20,000 bases of DNA, taken from IMG/VR virus record IMGVR_UViG_3300049460_000260. The stretch is one strand, 5' to 3'. The stretch is from an uncultured virus (IMG/VR IMGVR_UViG_3300049460_000260). Lineage: Duplodnaviria > Heunggongvirae > Uroviricota > Caudoviricetes. Positions 16,089-20,000 of this stretch are shown here, piece by piece; position 1 is the first letter of the stretch, and the number at the start of each line of letters is the position of its first letter. A model generated the notes under the pieces. The model did no database searches. It was given only the letters and a program-made list of their open reading frames with translations, and had not been told where the DNA came from. Position numbers and translations under genes: made by a program.

Positions 16089-16276
16089 TGGTCAGCGCTG
16101 CTCACATCGCACTTAGCGTAGCTGCGCACGGAGCCGTCCACGCGTCGAGCGAATCAGCTGAGACGACGGTTCACACGGCAGGCGCTTGGGGCGGGTTCAT
16201 TCTCTTCGTGGTCCTGGTCTTGATCGCCTTCGTCGGCGTTGCATCGGTCCTGGCTGAGAGTGATACGGAGAAATGA
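16088..16276 (+). CDS. Small membrane protein (62 aa)
   Basis: TAAGGAGG SD; TM segment WGGFILFVVLVLIAFVGVASVL. Confidence 0.75.
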   Translation: MVSAAHIALSVAAHGAVHASSESAETTVHTAGAWGGFILFVVLVLIAFVGVASVLAESDTEK

Positions 16277-16593
16277 GCCGTGTCCACTGCAGGTGTCGGC
16301 ACTGCGATACGCGCCGCGTGCTGCCTAAGCATCCGGATATGTACCAGCGTCTTCCGCAGTGTCGAGTCTGCGGCAAACGGACGTTCCGCGTTGACGGTTG
16401 GATGAACCGGCGCAATACTCGCGCGATGGGCTGCATGTGCACCGGATACGCTTGGGCCGGAAACATGACCGGCGCGATGCATCGGAAAGGTTCGCTTCGC
16501 TGCTGGTACAGAGCGGACGGAACGAAGCGTGAAGATGGTGACAAGGATTATTTCATAGACCCGGCATGGCTTGAGGAGATGAATTATGGATAA
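16273..16593 (+). CDS. Cys/His/Arg-rich putative zinc-binding protein (106 aa)
   Basis: CRCRHC, CRVC, CMC and HRKGSLRC motifs; GGAG SD; ATGA coupling. Confidence 0.8.
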   Translation: MSRVHCRCRHCDTRRVLPKHPDMYQRLPQCRVCGKRTFRVDGWMNRRNTRAMGCMCTGYAWAGNMTGAMHRKGSLRCWYRADGTKREDGDKDYFIDPAWLEEMNYG

Positions 16594-16756
16594 CGAAACG
16601 TTGGCGAAGTTAGCAGGCATCATGCTGACCTGGGTGCTTGTATCGTTCGCGCTGGGATTCGTCATTGCGCGAGTTGCGATGTGGTGGAAGCGTTGGAACT
16701 CGGATGAGTACGGCGCAGAGTTGCTGTCGAAGGCGCGCGAGGATAAGGCTCAGTGA
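16586..16756 (+). CDS. Small membrane protein (56 aa)
   Basis: GAGGAG SD; MDNETLAKLAGIMLTWVLVSFALGFVIARVAMWWKRW... Not in the ORF track. Confidence 0.7.
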   Translation: MDNETLAKLAGIMLTWVLVSFALGFVIARVAMWWKRWNSDEYGAELLSKAREDKAQ

Positions 16757-17142
16757 CCTTTTTGACAGCACCACTTCCACTCGAAGGCGGATTCCATGCG
16801 GGTCCGCTTTTTGTTATCCGGAAGCAGCGCGAGTTGGCCAGGCCGCACGGTAAGCAGGGTGCCGTACGCCGCGCCCAGGAGCGTCGTCGCAGACCTCCTT
16901 GGGCAGACCGTAAATCCATCCGAGCGCTGTACAACGAAGCGCGCCGCCTGACTAAATTGACTGGCGAACTCCACGTTGTTGATCACATCGTTCCGCTGAT
17001 CGGCAAGTACAACGGAACAACCATTGTCAGCGGCCTGCACGTGCACTACAACATGCGCGTCATCCACTGGAAGCCGAACGCCCAGCGCGGCAATTACGAG
17101 TGGCCGGATATGCCGGTCCAGCAACTGGAGTTAGCACTGTGA
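16753..17142 (+). CDS. HNH endonuclease
   Basis: RPPWAD..IY-like helix, then HVVDHIVPL..VSGLHVHYNMRVI...N...GN, a beta-beta-alpha-metal signature. Confidence 0.88.
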   Translation: MTFLTAPLPLEGGFHAGPLFVIRKQRELARPHGKQGAVRRAQERRRRPPWADRKSIRALYNEARRLTKLTGELHVVDHIVPLIGKYNGTTIVSGLHVHYNMRVIHWKPNAQRGNYEWPDMPVQQLELAL

Positions 17143-17393
17143 ACACCTTAGCACGGCTCTGCATCCAAGCAGATAAACTCACCCATCGTCCGCACCTGCG
17201 CATGGTCGGCGGAGCGTGGTCTTGCTTCTTCGTCTACCACGTCATGGGAGTCGGACCAACATCGCACGCCGTCCAAGGGCACGCAACAAAGGAAGAGGCT
17301 TATTGTGTTGCGCGAACGGTCTGGCGCGAGCGCGAGGAAGCAGCGATTGCTGCTGTGGCCTATCGTCGCTCCCACTTTCCGACTATCGCATGA
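17139..17393 (+). CDS. Hypothetical protein (84 aa)
   Basis: GTG 17139 with GGAG SD and GTGA coupling. Confidence 0.65.
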   Translation: MNTLARLCIQADKLTHRPHLRMVGGAWSCFFVYHVMGVGPTSHAVQGHATKEEAYCVARTVWREREEAAIAAVAYRRSHFPTIA

Positions 17394-17572
17394 ACGCCAA
17401 GCAAACCCGGCAACGCGCACGCCTCTTCGTGGCGGAAGTTATGAAATTGCTGCCTGCTGAGTACAACCGAGAGTTGACGCTGGAAGTGCTTCAACTCAAC
17501 CGTCGCATCAATGTACTCGAAAAGCAGCTGATGGACCGTGACGGAGTTCTTGTGGAGTGCTTGGAAGAGTAG
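17390..17572 (+). CDS. Hypothetical coiled-coil protein (60 aa)
   Basis: ATGA coupling; MNAKQTRQRARLFVAEVMKLLPAEYNRELTLEVLQLNRRINVLEKQL... Confidence 0.7.
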   Translation: MNAKQTRQRARLFVAEVMKLLPAEYNRELTLEVLQLNRRINVLEKQLMDRDGVLVECLEE

Positions 17573-17580
17573 TCAAAATA

Positions 17581-17645
17581 CTCTTAGTGTGTGAGATACG
17601 TACACGAGTTTAGTATTATGATTAGCTCACACACCCAACTAAGAG
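17581..17645 (+). promoter_or_regulatory. Extended inverted repeat upstream of the OMP gene, enclosing a possible promoter
   Basis: CTCTTAG(17581-17587)/CTAAGAG(17639-17645) and GTGTGTGAG(17587-17595)/CTCACACAC(17626-17634). GTGAGA-N17-TATTAT lies inside. Confidence 0.5.
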
Positions 17646-17654
17646 AAGACCAAC

Positions 17655-18329
17655 ATGAAACACCTGAAGTTCGCAGTGATCGCCGCGACCCTTGTTGCAT
17701 CCGCTGCGCAGGCCCAAGACCTCTTCCGCCCTGAGATCGGCGCTGGCTGGGCAATGTCCAGCGACATGGGCGATGGTACGTGGATCCAGCAGGGTGCGCC
17801 CAACAACAAGGAAACGAAGGACACCAAAGCGTTCCTGGTCGGCATCACCGGTCGCGTGTACGAAAACGGTCCGTGGAGCGTCGATTATCACCTGTCCTAC
17901 GTTTATTATGGACAGCAAAAGGCTTCGGTTGACGGCGTTCCGGATGCGAACTATGACCCGATTGCCCATCACGTCGTCAACAAGCCTGCTGATATGCGCT
18001 ACTCGCCATTCAACGGCTTTGGGCACGTACAGGGAATTCCGTTGACGCTGGATGTCGGATATACGTGGAATGGGTATCGATTCGGCGCTGAAGGCGGCTA
18101 TTGGGTGTACTGGCAGACATGGCACGAGTCGCTGTATGACCTTGGGAACAACTGGGACCACTTCCAGCACGTTCCCAAGGCGCAGTTCGGCTACGTAGTC
18201 GGCGCGCGTGTGTCGAAGGGTCCGCTGTCTCTCTCGTATCGCTACTACAACGTGCGCGCTGACTGGAGCACCGGCACACCCGGACTCGTCACCGGCACGC
18301 ACATGGTGATGCTGAACTATCGGTTCTAA
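17655..18329 (+). CDS. Outer-membrane beta-barrel protein
   Basis: Sec signal peptide MKHLKFAVIAATLVASAAQA|Q; amphipathic aromatic-rich strands (FLVGITG, WSVDYHLSYVYYG, LTLDVGYTW, FGAEGGYWVYW, FGYVVGARV, LSLSYRYY); C-terminal BamA beta-signal MLNYRF. Confidence 0.85.
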   Translation: MKHLKFAVIAATLVASAAQAQDLFRPEIGAGWAMSSDMGDGTWIQQGAPNNKETKDTKAFLVGITGRVYENGPWSVDYHLSYVYYGQQKASVDGVPDANYDPIAHHVVNKPADMRYSPFNGFGHVQGIPLTLDVGYTWNGYRFGAEGGYWVYWQTWHESLYDLGNNWDHFQHVPKAQFGYVVGARVSKGPLSLSYRYYNVRADWSTGTPGLVTGTHMVMLNYRF

Positions 18330-18350
18330 ATCTATCGGTGTTTACACCGA

Positions 18351-18412
18351 TGAAGAAAACTGCTTTACTTTCCAGGCTGCGTCAGAGATAATCGGTTCTC
18401 TGACGCAGTTTT
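18351..18412 (+). promoter_or_regulatory. Sigma70-like promoter TTTACT-N17-GATAAT within a perfect 12-bp hairpin that may also act as a terminator
   Basis: -35 at 18364-18369, -10 at 18387-18392. CTGCGTCAGAGA(18377-18388)/TCTCTGACGCAG(18397-18408) followed by TTTT. Confidence 0.65.
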
Positions 18413-18424
18413 CACTTTAACCCA

Positions 18425-18442
18425 AGGAGCTAAACGCCATGA
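18425..18442 (+). repeat. Repeated RBS-start unit AGGAGCTAAACGCCATGA, copy 2
   Basis: Identical 18-mer. Confidence 0.95.
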
Positions 18443-18618
18443 TCAAAGTTAAGCACATCGCGTATGAGAACGGCGCGATTCGCGACGCAAACGGAAAGCT
18501 GATCGCCTTTTACGACCGCGAAGGCCATCAGCTTTCCATCGACGGCTTCGCGCTTACGTTCCACGCCGAAAACGAAGAGCAGGCGATGGAACGTAAGCGC
18601 CGTTACGAGCCGAAGTGA
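18439..18618 (+). CDS. Small early protein (59 aa)
   Basis: Starts in the repeated RBS unit; MIKVKHIAYENGAIRDANGKLIAFYDREGHQLSIDGFALTFHAENEEQAMERKRRYEPK. Not in the ORF track. Confidence 0.8.
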   Translation: MIKVKHIAYENGAIRDANGKLIAFYDREGHQLSIDGFALTFHAENEEQAMERKRRYEPK

Positions 18619-18767
18619 ACGCATCCATCGTCCGCCAGTTCGTAGCGATCTATGGCCAAGGGGCGTACGAACGCCTCTGCCTACGCGCGGACTCTCCCGA
18701 ATCCCTTGCAGCCGCGCTCCTACGCGCGGTCGAAGGCCCACCCCGCTTACCTTTGGAGTGTAATTAG
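18615..18767 (+). CDS. Small hypothetical protein (50 aa)
   Basis: GTGA coupling upstream; the stop abuts the next ATG at 18768. Confidence 0.55.
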   Translation: MNASIVRQFVAIYGQGAYERLCLRADSPESLAAALLRAVEGPPRLPLECN

Positions 18768-18983
18768 ATGTCCAAGACGTTGACCAAAATCCGGCTGGCC
18801 TGGACCAACGAAAAGACGCCGCTGGCGAACTGCTCGTGCACCTACGATGCGGCAGAACTCGGACCGACCGTGGCCCGCCAGCGCGCGGCTAGTCGTGCGG
18901 CTGTCGTCTTCGAGAACGGCGGCGTGTACGTGGCCACTGAGTACTACTCGGACGGCTCGAAGCACGAGTTCAAAAATATTTAG
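18768..18983 (+). CDS. Hypothetical protein (71 aa)
   Basis: GGAG SD. Confidence 0.75.
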   Translation: MSKTLTKIRLAWTNEKTPLANCSCTYDAAELGPTVARQRAASRAAVVFENGGVYVATEYYSDGSKHEFKNI

Positions 18984-18990
18984 TGCTTTG

Positions 18991-19048
18991 TGAAGAAAGT
19001 GCTTGACGGAACGTTCACTATGCTTCATAATGAAGTCTCTGGTGAACG
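18991..19048 (+). promoter_or_regulatory. Near-consensus sigma70 promoter TTGACG-N17-CATAAT with nested inverted repeats centred on the -10
   Basis: -35 at 19003-19008, -10 at 19026-19031. CTTCAT-A-ATGAAG (19023-19035) and CGTTCAC(19012-19018)/GTGAACG(19042-19048). Confidence 0.8.
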
Positions 19049-19066
19049 AAACGAAAGGGAAGCGAG

Positions 19067-19180
19067 ATGGACGACTACTTTGGTATGGACGACTTCGGCG
19101 GCGCAATTGGCGCTCCTGCCTTGATGTCGGATGGTTTTATCGGAGTCTTCCTTTGGTTCATCGTTGACTACGATCTCTAA
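19067..19180 (+). CDS. Putative 37-aa acidic/hydrophobic peptide
   Basis: AAAGGGA SD; MDDYFGMDDFGGAIGAPALMSDGFIGVFLWFIVDYDL; first ORF after the promoter. Confidence 0.5.
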   Translation: MDDYFGMDDFGGAIGAPALMSDGFIGVFLWFIVDYDL

Positions 19181-19188
19181 TTTAAACC

Positions 19189-19206
19189 AGGAGCTAAACG
19201 CCATGA
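19189..19206 (+). repeat. Repeated RBS-start unit AGGAGCTAAACGCCATGA, copy 3
   Basis: Identical 18-mer. Confidence 0.95.
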
Positions 19207-19622
19207 AATACACCGTCCAACTCAAGCAGATCAACGGCACGAACGATCCGGCTAACGCCCAGTGGATCGACTGCGATGACGTAGTTTCGAACCGCACGAT
19301 GGCTACGGCCTACGCCGAAGTTTGCGCCCGCGACTACGGAACGCCGTGCCGCGTGATCACCGTCCGCGAGTTTGATGACGAGTCGCCGCGCCTCGTAAAC
19401 AAGGTGATCGCGTACTTCGGACCGGTCGAGCACGCCGTTGAGATCGACTGGGTGGAGTTTAGCGCTGCTGGCTGCGACTTCCGGACGGACGTTGCGCAAA
19501 ACGTGACGCAGGTGTCCGTTCGCGGCTCTTCGTTGTGGACCAACTTCAAGGTATTTGTGATGGGCGACAAGGACCGTGACGAGTTCTACAAGGCCCGTTC
19601 CAAGGCCATCTACGGTCGCTAA
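19203..19622 (+). CDS. Hypothetical early protein (139 aa)
   Basis: Start moved to ATG 19203 within the repeated RBS unit. Confidence 0.8.
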   Translation: MKYTVQLKQINGTNDPANAQWIDCDDVVSNRTMATAYAEVCARDYGTPCRVITVREFDDESPRLVNKVIAYFGPVEHAVEIDWVEFSAAGCDFRTDVAQNVTQVSVRGSSLWTNFKVFVMGDKDRDEFYKARSKAIYGR

Positions 19623-19624
19623 CC

Positions 19625-19798
19625 ATGGATCTGACGCTCGCCATCGCCGCGCTGTTTGGTGTCGGCAGCGTCTCGTTTGCCCTGGGCTACTCCTTCGGCG
19701 CGAACGCCACGCGCCGGTTCCGTCGAAGGATGACCGACATTGAGCGTGCCCGCAAGAACATTGCTTGGCCGATTGGCCACAAAGGACCGAAAGAATGA
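19625..19798 (+). CDS. Small N-terminally anchored membrane protein (57 aa)
   Basis: MDLTLAIAALFGVGSVSFALGYSFGANATRRFRRRM...: TM segment then an Arg cluster. ATGA coupling to the next gene. Confidence 0.65.
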   Translation: MDLTLAIAALFGVGSVSFALGYSFGANATRRFRRRMTDIERARKNIAWPIGHKGPKE

Positions 19799-20000
19799 GC
19801 GTAACCATTTTCTTCATCGACGGTGATGCAGGCGTAACGTTCGGCGTTACGAAGCCAACTGAGGCCCAAGCTGTGGCTGCGGTGCACCGTAAGATCAAAA
19901 CGGACGTAGGTCCGCTGTCGGTCGCGCTCTCGACTATCTCCGAACTCGCGGACGCCGTTGCAGACGCGTTCGGTGGCGAGTGCAGCATCGATGCAGAAGG
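19795..20000 (+). CDS. Hypothetical protein, runs off the window
   Basis: AAAGGA SD and ATGA coupling; MSVTIFFIDGDAGVTFGVTKPTEAQAVAAV..., open to the window end. Confidence 0.65.
   Translation, partial: MSVTIFFIDGDAGVTFGVTKPTEAQAVAAVHRKIKTDVGPLSVALSTISELADAVADAFGGECSIDAE

Noticed and set aside
17622..18302. 226-aa minus-strand ORF
   Set aside because: Antisense shadow of the OMP gene.
7202..19206. 18-bp repeats as CRISPR repeats or att sites
   Set aside because: The copies are dispersed, not regularly spaced, and coincide with SD plus ATG. No cas or integrase gene is present in the window.
19194..19988. 264-aa minus-strand ORF
   Set aside because: Spans three coupled plus-strand genes in antisense, with no supporting signals.

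Overview
The window is part of a dsDNA tailed-phage genome. Protein sequences and gene order match the PB1-like myoviruses (Lindbergviridae). A BcepF1-like phage with a betaproteobacterial host is a plausible inference but cannot be confirmed here. The minus strand carries the head module: terminase large subunit, DUF1073 portal, Mu gpF-like head protein, DUF2213 prohead protease/scaffold, decoration protein and the 5' part of the major capsid gene. Plus-strand clusters of small accessory genes interrupt and flank it (7.2-10.8 kb and 12.4-20 kb). Main points of interest: (1) the portal has a C-terminal inorganic-pyrophosphatase-like domain behind a candidate protease site; (2) accessory genes share a promoter design and an identical 18-bp RBS-start sequence, and several -10 boxes lie inside inverted repeats; (3) a phage-encoded outer-membrane beta-barrel; (4) a probable nested scaffold gene; (5) two strongly structured intergenic regions that are ncRNA or riboregulator candidates; (6) many small genes missing from the ORF track. 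I saw no tRNA, rRNA, CRISPR array, integrase or IS element. All family assignments come from motif recognition, not database searches.
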